In this document: positions 51,861 to 64,000 of the stretch, piece by piece
How positions within the stretch are numbered: the stretch's first letter is position 1
Layout of the letters: the number at the start of each line of letters is the position of its first letter
Assembly (NCBI GenBank): GCA_951406725.2
Contig: OX597828.1
Coordinates: 35,464,001-35,528,000 of the forward strand
DNA: 64,000 nt
Source of the DNA: Octopus vulgaris
Lineage: Eukaryota
Direction: 5' to 3'
Made by a program: the position numbers and the translations under genes
Notes under the pieces: generated by a model
What the model was told of the DNA's origin: nothing
Seen by the model: only the letters and a program-made list of their open reading frames with translations
Databases searched by the model: none

Positions 51861-52609
51861 TCTTTTACTTTCATGTTATGAAAGAGAAAGATAAAGAAAA
51901 GATAATAATTATGTTTCATGCTTCATTTTCTTTTTAAACTTATATTTTTCTTTTCTGAAGGAGTTGGGTGTGATCATTATTATCTCTATATTATTTAGTT
52001 AATTAAGAAAAAACATTGAGATATTAATTCTCATTTTTCCCTTTGTTTATCATAGATATTGCTATGTTTTATTTTTAGCAGTATTTTTTTAGATATTATC
52101 GTTTTCTTTGTGTGAGCTTGTGTGTAAATGTGTCCTTCATTTTCTACTCAAAATTTCACCAAGATAAGAACATGCTCTATCGGTCACATTACACTCACTC
52201 ACACACATACCAAGAGACCCATACATACACACATAGACAAACTTTTTTTACATATACATGCATGTGTATAAACTTTATACATAAAACTCGTACACACACA
52301 TATGCATGTAAGAAAAATATAGAACTTAAAGGTTACAGATTATATAGGAAAACTACAAAGTGATGGTGATTGTCTCAATTTATACAAACAACAGTCTGGT
52401 CAGTCCTCTATCAACTACATTTATTCATCATTGTTGCTGCAATTTCACAGAAGATTGAGTCCTTAGGTTGAGCCATTTGAACACACATTCTTAGTAATAA
52501 CATCTGTTAATTCCCTTCCAGGGCCTCACCTTGTCTGTCTCCGCATAGGCAGAAAACAGAAGGGTTTTTTTTTTGTTTCTCTATAAAATGGATAGGTTAA
52601 TGCTAGATT

Positions 52610-52997
52610 GTGGAGGCGCAATGGCCCAGTGGTTAGGGCAACGGACTCGCGGTCGTAGGATCGCGGTTTCGATTCCCAGACCGGGCATTGTGAGTGTTTA
52701 TTGAGCGAAAACACCTAAAGCTTCACAAGGCTCCTGCAGGGGGTGGTGGTGAACCCTGCTGTACTCTTTCACCACAACTTTCTCTCACTCTTTCTTCCTG
52801 TTTCTGTTGTACCTGTATTTCAAAGGGCCAGCCTTGTCACACTCTGTGTCACGCTGAATCTCCTCGAGAACTACGTCAAGGGTACACGTGTCTGTGGAAT
52901 GCTCAGCCACTTGCACGTTAATTCCATGAGCGAGCTGTTCCGTTGATCGTATCAGCTGGGACCCTCATCGTCGTAACCGACGGAGTGCTCCTATCTA
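52610..52997 (+). mobile_element. Young tRNA-derived SINE (family C) with 12-bp TSD
   Basis: TGGCCCAGTGGTTAGG A-box and GGTTTCGATTCC B-box; TSD TAATGCTAGATT at 52598-52609 and 52998-53009. Confidence 0.9.
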
Positions 52998-53779
52998 TAA
53001 TGCTAGATTATAAAGAATGATTTGGTTCAGAATGAGAAGTGCTGACTGTATAAATTAACACAGAAGTCATTTGATGCAGTCTCTATCATCTTTTAACATC
53101 TGTCTCCCATGCTGACATGGGTTGGATAGTTTGACAGGATCCAACAGGTCAGAAGACTGTATTATGCTCCAATATCTGCTTTGGTATGGTTTCTATGGCT
53201 GGAAGACTTTCTTAAAGCCTACCACTTTACAAAGTGTACTGGTAGTTTTTTCCATGGCACCAACATCAGTGAGGTCATCATATAACTTGCAAGACTAAGA
53301 TTCCTCTCTTCTTCGTCATCATCATTAATTTAACAGATAGTGTTCAACCTTGAAAGGATGAAAGGCAAAGACAACCTTGGCAGAATAAAAACGTTTGTGT
53401 TATTGGTTTCAAATGTTGGCACAAGGCCAGCAATATCTGGGGATGGAGTAATTAGGTTACATCAACTCCAGTATTTAGCTGGTACTTGTTTTACCGACCC
53501 TGAAGATGACCCAACGACAACCTTGGCAGCATTTCAACTCAGAAAGTGAAGATTAGCAAAACGCCACCAAGCATTTTGCTTGGAATGGTAATGCTTCTGC
53601 CACATCACCTACCTTAATGTCAGACATCATATTACAAGCAACCTCTTTGTTTCTTTAGGTGGGATGGGGGTCTCTTTAGGCAGTCATTCAGCCTGCCAGA
53701 AATAGCAACCAAATCTCCCTCATATCACACCCTGCTGTCTGAAACATGGCAGTGTACATTTATGATGTATTCGTCCTTC

Positions 53780-54150
53780 TTTTAATTGCATTAGTCATTG
53801 GACTGTGGCCATGCTGGGGCACTACCTTGAGTGGTTTATTCATACATACCAACCCCCAATACTTAATTCTTTTTTTAAAGTCTAGTACGTTGTTTTTAAC
53901 TGAGCAGTTAAGTTACAGGGATGTAAACAAACCAGCACTGGCTGTCAAGCAGCGCAGGGATAAACACAAAGACACACACTCATATACATACACACACACA
54001 CATATGACAGACTTCGCCAAATTTACTCACAGGGCATTGGTTAGCCCAGGGCCATAGAAGAATATATTTGCCCCAGGTGCCATACAGTGGGACTGAATGC
54101 AGGCCACATGTCTGCTAAGAGAACTTCTTCACTATACAGCCATGCCTGTG

Positions 54151-54192
<42 letters not shown>

Positions 54193-54414
54193 TTTTATTC
54201 TTTTATTCTTTTACTTGTTTCAGTCATTTGACTGCAGCCATGCTGGAGCACCACCTTAAATGGTTTTTTAATCAAAGAAATCAACCCCAGGACTTATTCT
54301 TTGTAAGCCCAGTACTTATTCTATTGATCTCTTTTGCTGAACTGCTAAGTCACAAAGCCGTAAACATGCCAACATCAGTTGTCAAGTGACGCTGTGTGGA
54401 CAAACACAGACATA

Positions 54415-54458
<44 letters not shown>

Positions 54459-54515
54459 TATATGTGTATATATAATAATAAATAATCTGGACAAATAACT
54501 ATATAATTCAGTTAG

Positions 54516-54570
<55 letters not shown>

Positions 54571-54730
54571 ACAACAGGCTTCTTTCAGTTTCTGTCTACC
54601 AAATCAAATCACAAGGCTTTGGTCAGCCCGAGGCTATAGTAGAAGACACTTGCCCAATGTGTCACACAGTGGGACTGAACTTGGAACCATGTGGTTGGGA
54701 AGCAAGCTTCTTACCACACAACCGTGCCTG
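53780..54730 (-). mobile_element. Two tandem SINE A copies, the second interrupted in its microsatellite
   Basis: Tails near 53790 and 54195, heads near 54150 and 54730. Confidence 0.75.
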
Positions 54731-54837
54731 TGTGTATATATGTAATATAATATAATATACCATAACATAATACAATATAAGTCAGATACGAATGTATTGA
54801 TAGTAGGTCTGATCGTTATTTGATGCCTAGGGTTAAA

Positions 54838-54869
<32 letters not shown>

Positions 54870-55673
54870 GCAAAACCAACATTCTTGTAATTCATCTTAA
54901 GAGTTATGTTAATAATCTTTATGCCTTTCTTCAGATCATATTAATAAATCTATGGCAGATAAATGTCTAATTCTTGTATGATAGGGAAAATTCCCCACCA
55001 TCCAAAAGCCTGCTGAGATTTTCATTATGAGCAGTAAAACTTCATTAAATGAGCATCATACCCCCTATTGGGAAGGATATAAGTTAGATGGTAGAGAGAG
55101 CTATTGTTTCTTGATTAGAGTTTATGGGGGCTGATGTGGGTTATGTGAGTTTACGGAAGTTTATGGGATTTTTCTTTTGGGTTTATTAAAGGAGATAGAG
55201 TAAAGATGTGTGTTTGTATAAGAAGAGAGAAGAAATGGAAGAAGGGTAAATATGAAATGGAGAAATGAAAGGGGTTGGGTGATAGATACATAGATTGATA
55301 GTTAAAGAGAGAAAGAGAAAGGGAGCGGAGTGGGATAGAAAATATTGAGTGGAATACCAACAGACAGAAAGACAGACAACATATATACGTCTGTATATAT
55401 ACATACATATATGTATGTATGTATATGTACACACACATACACATCCATGTGTGTGTGTGTGTGTGTGTGAATGTATGGCAGTGTGGTAAGAACTTTGCTT
55501 CTAAACCACATTGTCTTGGAGTTCAGTCATATTGCATGGCACATTGGGCAAGAGTCTTCTACCGTAGCTCTGGGCTGACCAAAGCCTTACAAGTGAAAAT
55601 GATAGACAGAAAATGAAAAAGAAACCCACCATGTTCACACACACACACACAAATATATATGTATGTATGTATG

Positions 55674-55739
<66 letters not shown>

Positions 55740-55757
55740 TGTATGTATGTATGTATG

Positions 55758-55818
<61 letters not shown>

Positions 55819-55820
<2 letters not shown>

Positions 55821-55900
55821 GGCACAAACAATGTGTGTGTGTGTGTGTATGTGTATATATATATATACACATACACACACACACACATTGTTTGTGTCAC
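55819..55900. repeat. Near-perfect 82-bp palindrome
   Basis: GTGGCACAAACAATGTGTG...TATAT|ATATA...CACACATTGTTTGTGTCAC. Confidence 0.9.
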
Positions 55901-56070
55901 AAAAATTTAGAAACTTAAAGAGACTGTGAAATAAAATTTTGGGGTTTTTTTTTGTGCATATATTCCAAGGCTGCCCCACTGACAGCCTCTAACTTTTGCT
56001 ATCCAAGGGGTTTTTCAACCCAATATTTATAGATTTATCTACTTCGAACTCTACCAATGCAAAAAAATTA

Positions 56071-56109
<39 letters not shown>

Positions 56110-56121
56110 CATACATACTCC

Positions 56122-56288
56122 AGGGCGCAGGAGTGGCTGTGTGGTAAGTAGCTTGCTAACCAACCACATGGTTCCGGGTTCAGTCCCACTACGTGGCATC
56201 TTGGGCAAGTGTCTTCTGCTATAGCCCCGAGCTGACCAATGCCTTGTGAGTGGATTTGGTAGATGGAAACTGAAAGAAGCCTGTCGTA

Positions 56289-56319
<31 letters not shown>

Positions 56320-56550
56320 GTGTGTGTATGTGTGTGTGTTTGTGTATGTGTGTTTGTCCCCCTAGCATTGCTTGACAACCGATGCTGGTGTGTTTACGTC
56401 CCCGTCACTTAGCGGTTCGGCAAAAGAGACCGATAGAATAAGTACTGGGCTTACAAAGAATAAGTCCCGGGGTCGATTTGCTCGACTAAAGGGAGTGCTC
56501 CAGCATGGCCGCAGTCAAATGACTGAAACAAGTAAAAGAGTAAAAGAGTA
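56122..56550 (+). mobile_element. Young full-length SINE A flanked by ~160-bp direct repeats
   Basis: Intact CpGs; flanks 55959-56117 and 56549-56704 are duplicates. Confidence 0.92.
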
Positions 56551-57409
56551 TATTCCAAGGCTGCCCCACTGACAGCCTCTAACTTTTGCTATCCAAGGGG
56601 TTTTTCAACCCAATATTTATAGATTTATCTACTTCGAACTCTACCAATGGAAAAAATTATGTATATGTATGTGTGTGTATGTGTTTGTGTAATATACATA
56701 CATATAGACAGACATAAATATAGATCATGTACTTAATGCTTGAATGTTCTTATAAATGCCAGGAACTGTGGTTTTTCATCTGGGAAAGATCTCTTTAAAG
56801 ACATAACTTGTTAAAAAACACTTTATACCTCAAAGCTAGATGAAACTGCTTCGTGTCTTTAAAAGGGTGTTTTCCAGATGCAAAACTATAGCTCTAGGTA
56901 TTTTAAGTATGCATTAATATAATACATATGTATTAATATTTACTTAATACACATATATTAAGTATATATTATTGATAATGTTTACATTATTGAACTCCTT
57001 CTAACACATAATTTGAATTTATTTTGCTTGCACAATGCTATTGTCAATCAGCAAATAGTTTTAACACTATTTATATATACATCAGGCTGGTGATTTAGAT
57101 TTTGTTTCATAAGTGAGGCTAGTACACGACATTGATAAGCAGCAATATGCTATGAAATACTAGCATCTATCCATTTTGTTCACTTCCAGGATAGTTTTGT
57201 CTCACCAAACTCTGAAGTACATTATGTTTTTTAATACTTTAAGTCTTAACAGAGATCTTTGTCAAATAAAATATCACCGATCCTGGTGTCTTAAGAATAC
57301 ACATGCATTACGTATGTGATATTGATAATATCAGCTACTTCTAACACATAGTTTAACTATATCAATATGTGTGTATGTGTCTCCTAGTCTTGACATCAAA
57401 TGGTAGTTG

Positions 57410-57681
57410 TGTTGTGGTGAAATCCTGACACCCCTGTGGGATAGCAAGTCAACTGTCCTAAACCATATTAAGGTACATGCACTCTGTCAGTGAAGGACAG
57501 TGTGGTGTGTGCAGGTGCTTTGTGAAGACAGTCGTAGAAGTCGTTGAGAATAGATATTGTTTGTTACATGTTGTTTCTGATTGATATTTGTATTGTTATA
57601 ACCTTGTTATATGTCCACGTTATAAAATGGCATATCCAGTGTGTTCAAAGAAGGACATAACAATGTCGATGAGACACAACA
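57410..57681. mobile_element. Solo LTR (272 bp) nested in an RTE-tailed SINE
   Basis: TGTTGTG...CACAACA inverted termini; 5-bp TSD AGTTG at 57405-57409 and 57682-57686. Confidence 0.8.
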
Positions 57682-58020
57682 AGTTGTAAATGAATGAAAT
57701 GTCATTGCTGTACAAGCGGTGTCAATTTTTTCCAATATTCTACAGAATTGTCTAGCTATGGGGAAATATTAGTACTCTGCTTGTAAACAGGTGAGAGATG
57801 TTAGAGTAAGGACATCTGCTTAAAAAAATTTCACCTCAGGAAACTGACCCATGCTGGCGAGGAAAGATGGGTGTCAAAACGATGGCAATGATGATGATGA
57901 TGATATACATATCACCAATTATTAATATATGCATGTGCTCTTTACAGGAGAATGGTCTCTTTGGGATATCATAATATTTTCAGTTGATCTGGTAGTTATT
58001 CTGAAAATTTTGTCAAGCTC

Positions 58021-58296
58021 TTTACTCTCTTTTACTCTTTTACTTGTTTCAGTCATTTGACTGTGGCCATGCTGGAGCACCGCCTTTAATCGAGCAACTC
58101 GACCCCGAGACTTATTCTTTTGTAAGCCCAGTACTTATTCTATCGGACTCTTTTGCCGAACCGCTAAGTAATGGGGAAATAAAGACACCAGCATCGGTTG
58201 TCAAGCGATGTTGGGGGGACAAACACAGACACACAAACACACACACATACACACATATATATATATATACATATATACGATGGGCTTCTTTCAGTT
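58021..58296 (-). mobile_element. SINE family A, 5'-truncated
   Basis: (CTCTTTTA)n tail and body; head absent. Confidence 0.85.
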
Positions 58297-60087
58297 AGAA
58301 TTAAGCTAAGTTAGAATTAAATATATTCTCTCAAACATTCTAACAAACACTAAGAAATGATTGATGTGGATTTGAACTCAAGACCTACAAGATGATAATC
58401 CAGTACAATATCCAATATAAACCATTTTGCTTCTTTCCCTACCAGGTGTATATCTGATTGTTCATTTTGAGTTATGTAAATTATAGCTATAGCAGCAGTT
58501 CATAATTAGCAATTAGCTAATTACTGGCATATTTAAGGTTTAGAAAATTACTGTAATTAGCCATGAATGTGAATTCAATTATATTGTATTAAAAAAAACT
58601 TTGTGCAGGTATTGCGCTGGATTTCTGTACTAAATATAGAAGTGTAAATATGCAATAGATATTTCAATAGGGTCTATTTCTGCTGCTGTTACTGTAGCAA
58701 CAGACTGCAGCTGTATGCAACTGCATGACGCAAACAGCTTAGTGAAAGTGAAGGACCACTGTGTGTGAGGTGGGGCTGCAAGTGTGTATATGCGTGTGCA
58801 CTGGCTAGTTGATGTATGTATATCTAAACAAAAGACTGCTTCTGCTTGTTTTTGATTGACTGCAGCTGCACAATAAACTGCTGTTGTATCTCACCTGAAA
58901 CAGATTACTCATATGGTGTGTAGTCTGTAAATGTGCACTTGATGATGGATATGATGGATATGCATCTCTAATACAGAAAGGGATCCTTCTCTGACAAAAC
59001 TAATACAGATTATAACAAGGTATGAGAAGAATAACAGTGGTAGGTATGAACGTCAGAGAGCAGAAAGGTTGGCAGAGGATTGGAGCAGGTGCAAAGAGCA
59101 GTATTTATTATTGCCACTCTGCATTATGAGTTCAAATTTCACTGAGGCCAGATTTTCACTTCATTCTCTCAGGGCCAATAACAGCACAAATTATAAAGTG
59201 ACATTGATTAATTGAACCGACATTTAGGTGAGGTGTTGGCTGGGTTGTTAGAGTGTCAGCTAGAATGATCAGTGCTATTTGTTCTGGCTCTCTGCATAGT
59301 CTGAGTTCAAATCCCACTAAAGACAACTTTGGCCTTTCTACCTTTCAGAATGGATTACTAATGTACAACTCCAATAAAGGGACTCAGATGTTCTCACTCA
59401 CTTTCTTTTCCCTTATCTTTATCTCTTTCTGGGACCTAGAGAATGGTGAGTGCCACTAGGTTTTAAAATGCTCAAGATATGCCATATCTCATGAAGCTAC
59501 ACCAACAATTGCACCAAGTACTGCAAGGCCAAGACAGGAAAAGACAAGGCAATATGTCAGTGTGAGAGACCATAGAATATTGTGTATGACAACCACAATC
59601 AGATGCCCTTCTTGTTGCCAGTCCTCACCTGTTTCAAGTCAAGAGAATGTTTACCCATAGCTAGACATGTTTTTTATGAAAGACACAAAATGGACAGCCT
59701 TACTTGTACGACGATAACACACATTTATAACCATCATGTAATGTCTAGACAAAGTTACACCCATACATGCATACATCCATAAACATATACATATACATAT
59801 ACACAAATATATGTATATGTATGGCTTAGTGGTTAGGGTGTTGCACTCACAGTTGCAAGATTGTGGTTTCAATTCCCAGACCAGAAGTTGCATTGTGTTC
59901 CTGAGCAAAACACTTCATTTTACCATCTGACATGTAGAACATCATGCAAGTGTAGAGGTAATCTAGATTTGATGGCAGGTGGGAGCTTATGTGAACACAA
60001 ACATTTGATCTCTATAGACTGTGTTCAGCGAGAAATTGGAGAACCCTCACATTCATCATTTTCATCCAACAGTGGGAGGGTTCAGGA

Positions 60088-60423
60088 TTTTTTTAGCCCG
60101 CAGAGAAATGGCTAAAATTTGCCCTGATTATAATCATACCATATGTTACATATTTATTATATCATACCTTGATACTGTGTGGACTAAGATCCCTGTTGAC
60201 AGGCCGCTGATATTTATAGAGTGTCAAACACTTTCAGTATGCAAATTAGGGACTCCTTCATAGAGTAACTGCTGCATTAGTGGAGTATATAAACAGTTTG
60301 GCTGCTTGTTTCTCTGGAGACTGTCAAAACGATGTGAGCCCCCCTGATGGGAACCCAATAAGGTTTAAAAATCAATTAAGTTTATTCATTATTTTTTTTC
60401 AGTCTGCAGAGAAATGGTTAAAA
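60088..60423 (+). mobile_element. ~306-bp terminally redundant repeat unit, copy 2
   Basis: Colinear with 14428-14792; TTTTT.AG.C.GCAGAGAAATGG at both ends; ATGCAAAT 60239, TATATAAA 60286, CTGATGG 60344. Confidence 0.6.
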
Positions 60424-60697
60424 TAAGATGCATAAAAATTTATCAATACATTGACAAGACAGGCAATTGTTTAATGTCAATGTATTTATAAATCTTTATT
60501 AATCTTGTCTCCATTTTCTCTCTTGGTTTTCATAATACTAATATTTATGTGTGTGTTTGCCTATGTTATAAGGTTTTCAACCAGTCTAATCTTGGACATT
60601 TCTATCCCTCTGACGTTTTTATATCCACATCTGTACTTTAATACATACATGCATACATATATATGTGTGTGTGTGTATGCAAGTATATAGGTATGTG

Positions 60698-60747
<50 letters not shown>

Positions 60748-60825
60748 ATTGAGGTAATCAGATCAGATGGTTCATATTTGTAGATATTTATTTATATATT
60801 ACATTTTTTACATATATATCATATC

Positions 60826-60872
60826 ATTCGGATTAGCGCTTGCTCCCATTCTAGTGGGTTTTCAAATCAAAT
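60826..60872 (-). ncRNA. Candidate non-canonical hammerhead ribozyme near the PLE 3' end
   Basis: ATTTGAT-TTGAAAA-CCCA-CTAGAA-TGGG-A-GCAA-GCGC-TA-ATCCGAAT. Confidence 0.4.
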
Positions 60873-60943
60873 CAGTTGTGGGTAGTTTGAACCTTTTTAT
60901 AGTTTCGTAGTAGTGGGTGAGGAGGAAGTGAGACAGAGAGAAA

Positions 60944-61005
<62 letters not shown>

Positions 61006-61209
61006 ATTTATATCTGAGAGTGAAGAAGTGTTATTTCCGTTGGTCTGCTGGACCCCCTGTGGTTTTATAAGAACTTTGGCTGTCCATTTCAATGTCACTG
61101 AGTGTGTGTTGTGCATAGGTTGGCCTGGCAAATGTCATTCGGGGTCACACTTTCTATGATCATTCTGTGGAGGTGTGTGTGTGTGTGTGTCTCTGTGTGT
61201 CTGTGTGTG

Positions 61210-61251
<42 letters not shown>

Positions 61252-61761
61252 TGTGTGTGTCTGTGTGTTTGGAGAAGGGGAGAGAGACAAAAAGAGAAAA
61301 GGGAAAATAAAAATAATAATAATAAAAATTAAAAATTAAAAAAATTAAAAAAATAAAATAAAATAAAAACAAAAAATAAAAAATAAAATAAAAAAATATA
61401 AAGAATAAATAAAAATATAAAGAATAAAAAATAAAAAAATAAAAATAAAAATAAAAATAAGGGAGGAAGTGGAGAAGAAAAAATATTTTTGTGTGTTGAT
61501 ATTTATACCAACACATATATATACACACACAGACTTATACATAAAATATTTGAAAAAACCTTTTTATCGGTTCAAAATGAACAACCAAATTATACCATCT
61601 TGAAAGTTGTATGTCATAGGAAAGTTAAAATTAAAGTGACAATTAAAGGGTAAAGATGGAAGTGAATTATAAAGATAATAATATAATATGATGTATATAA
61701 CAGGCAATACACACATCTACACACACACAGATTTTTCCTTCAATGTATGTTGAGTAAAGTT

Positions 61762-63949
61762 TCAGCCATTTAATTTGGGGGAGAACTTAGCTATGAAATG
61801 TTTTTCCATATTCCTCCTGAAGGGGGTGTCATTCTTCGGACACTTGTAGAAGGGAAATATCTTAAATTTTCCTTCTCCACATGTAGCTAGGTGTGTGCTT
61901 AGTGGTATTTTGCGTAGTTCTTCCTGCCGAATATGTTGTCGGTGGATCCTGGCTCGCTGGCACAAAGAATTACCAGTTTCTCCTACGTAATTCTCCTTGC
62001 ATGTGGGGCAGGTTATGCAGTATATGACGTTCTGCGTCTTGCAGTTCATATCTGCATTTACTTTGAATATGACACCATTTTTAAATCTTATCTCTCTGTT
62101 GCTCTCTATGTATTTGTAGGTGGGGTTGCTGCAGGTCCCACATCTACCATCTCCGCACTCTTTTGCAAAGAATTCCGTTTTAGTTTCTGAAGAGAATTTC
62201 GCTCTTGTTAGGTGTTTTTTTAGGTTTTTGTCCTGTCGTCTACTGTTTTTTATGCTATATTTGTTTAATATGTTTTTCATTTTGGGGCTCTGTAAGGCTA
62301 TTGGTAGGTTTGAATGTATGGTTTGGAAGATGTTGGTAACTCCAGGGTTGTGTGTGTTTATAAAAGGGATAGTGTTTTCTTTGTTTTTTGTTTTGGGTGT
62401 CCTGAGTTGTGTGATGTCTAGTTTTAATGCTCTTGTGATTCCATTTTCTATTAGTTTAAGGGGGTATTTTTGCTCTAGGAGGAAGCTTTTGAGTTCATCT
62501 AGTCTTATTAATCGTATTTGTGAATCAGTTACTATGCTACATATTCGTCGTGCCATACTATATGGGATGTTTCTTTTTGTGTGGGATGGGTGGCAGGAGT
62601 GGAAATTTAAGTATTGATGTGTGTCAGTTTTTTTGTAGTGGATGTCTGTTGTGACGATGGAGTTGTGTATTTTGATGTTGATGTCTAGGAAGGGAAGTTC
62701 GTTGTGGCTGGTATCTATTGTGAAATTGATAGATGGGTGCAGCGTATTGAGGATGTTGTGGAATGTTTGTAGGTCCTCTTCTGATCTGTTCCAAAAGATG
62801 AAACAGTCATCGAGGTAGCGTTTCCACTTTTTCTTGATGTCTTCTCTGAAGTCGTGTTCGAAGACTTTCCCTATTTCGTCATATAGTTTTTTCTCCAGGA
62901 AGCCCATCACTAGGTTGGCATATGAAGGTGCGAATTTTGTACCCATAGCCGTGCCTTTTATCTGTCGGTATGTCTTGTTGTTGAATGAGAATGTATTTTC
63001 TTCTAGTATTAGTTGGGTGGCTTGGGTGATAAAGTTTGTCTTGAAGCGTTCATCTATAAGTTCTCTGTATTTTTCTATTGATTGTTTTATAGCTTCTAGA
63101 CCTAGGGTGTGTGGTATGTTTGTGTATAGATTTGTGACATCAAAGCTTGCAAGTATGGTGTTTTTCGGGACTGTATTTGGAATGTGTGTGAGGAAGTCTA
63201 TGTCATCCCTTATGTAGCTTGGAATCTGTGGGCATAGAGGTTTGAGGAGTATATCTATGAAGTGGCTTAGTTGTTGTGTTGGTGCCTGGGGTCCTGCCAC
63301 TATTGGTCTCATCGTGAGGTCTGCAGGTCTTTGTACTCTTATGTAGTGGTTCCTCTGTTCCTTTATGGCTCTCTGTATTTCCGAGCTTTTATGAATTTTA
63401 GGTAATCCATAAAAGTTGCTTTCTTTGGTTTGTGAGTTGCATAGATAATCTTCCTCCTTATCTGTAAAGGAGTCCTGATATTCATTGACTAAAGTTCTAA
63501 TTTTTCTTATTGTTGTTTTCTCCGGTGGTGTTGGTTCCTCTTTGTAATATGTCTGGTTGTTCAGTAACTCTAGTATCTTTTCTTTGTAGTAATCTGTGTC
63601 CATAATTACTATTGCTCCACCTTTGTCAGCTTCTTTTATAACGATTGATTTGTCATTTTTCAGTTTTTGTAGGGCTTGCTTTTCTTCTCTGCGGAGATTC
63701 TGTTTGCATTTGTGTGTGTGAAGAGGGAATTTGGATATTGTTTCTATGTACGTGTCAAGGTGTTTGTCACTTCCCTTGTAAGGGGTGAAGTGGGATTTTT
63801 TTCTTATGATTGAGTTATCTTCTGTTTCTTTATTTTCAAAGAATTCCATAAGGCGGAGGTAGCGGCTGAAGTTATCTATGTCAGTTTTTAGTTCTATGAG
63901 GTTTGGAGTGGGTGTAGGTGTAAATTTGAGGCCTTTTAGTAGTAGGTTC

Positions 63950-63951
<2 letters not shown>
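61762..63951 (-). CDS. PLE polyprotein: reverse transcriptase, Cys-rich linker and GIY-YIG endonuclease (729 aa, uninterrupted, probably N-terminally truncated)
   Basis: LKGLKFTPTP, ADKGGAIV, FYGLPKIHK, RPIV, FDVTNLYTNIP, GTAMGTKFAPSYANL, RYLDD, LPFLD, YKKTDTHQYL..SCHP, C-x4-C-x2-C linker, NVIYCITCPTCKENYVGET...H...H. Confidence 0.95.

Positions 63952-64000
<49 letters not shown>

Larger units (their letters stand above)
60741..63954 (-). mobile_element. Penelope-like retroelement, Neptune-type, bounded by (TA)n on both sides
   Basis: RT+GIY-YIG ORF plus ~1-kb 3' region; sharp (TA)n junctions at 60740 and 63955. Confidence 0.88.

Noticed and set aside
52610-52690. tRNA gene
   Set aside because: A and B boxes belong to a SINE head that continues into a body and is bounded by a TSD; no complete cloverleaf or terminator
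58627-58975. Second solo LTR (TG start, AATAAA, CA end)
   Set aside because: No matching TSD or convincing inverted termini found
61933-63217. Plus-strand ORFs overlapping the PLE; likewise antisense ORFs over the RTE and Tc1
   Set aside because: Antisense shadows of real coding sequence with no recognisable motifs

Overview
AT-rich, microsatellite-saturated animal genomic DNA. The tRNA-derived SINEs with internal microsatellites, Nin-domain SINEs and RTE LINE tails ending in (GAT)n point to an octopus or other coleoid cephalopod genome (inference). The window appears to be almost entirely intronic. Only one convincing host exon is visible: a 282-nt phase 1-1 immunoglobulin-domain exon at 31183-31464 (+), nephrin/SYG-2/Sidestep-like. 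The rest is mobile DNA: a 5'-truncated RTE LINE with a PHD finger inside its RT ORF and a 63-bp VNTR in its 3' UTR; a Neptune-type Penelope-like element (PLE) with an uninterrupted 729-aa RT+GIY-YIG ORF; a second PLE remnant; a full-length decayed Tc1 (DD34E) element; R4/Dong RLE fragments in (TAA)n; a solo LTR; MITEs; and dozens of SINEs and RTE 3' fragments. The best leads are several hammerhead-ribozyme-like motifs (including non-canonical cores) at PLE ends, a ~307-bp terminally redundant promoter+hammerhead-like unit present twice (retrozyme/pLTR-like), a ~160-bp target-site duplication, and an inverted SINE pair bracketing the single in-frame exon. Most ORFs in the supplied track are microsatellite artefacts. 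Repeat boundaries were read by eye and are approximate.
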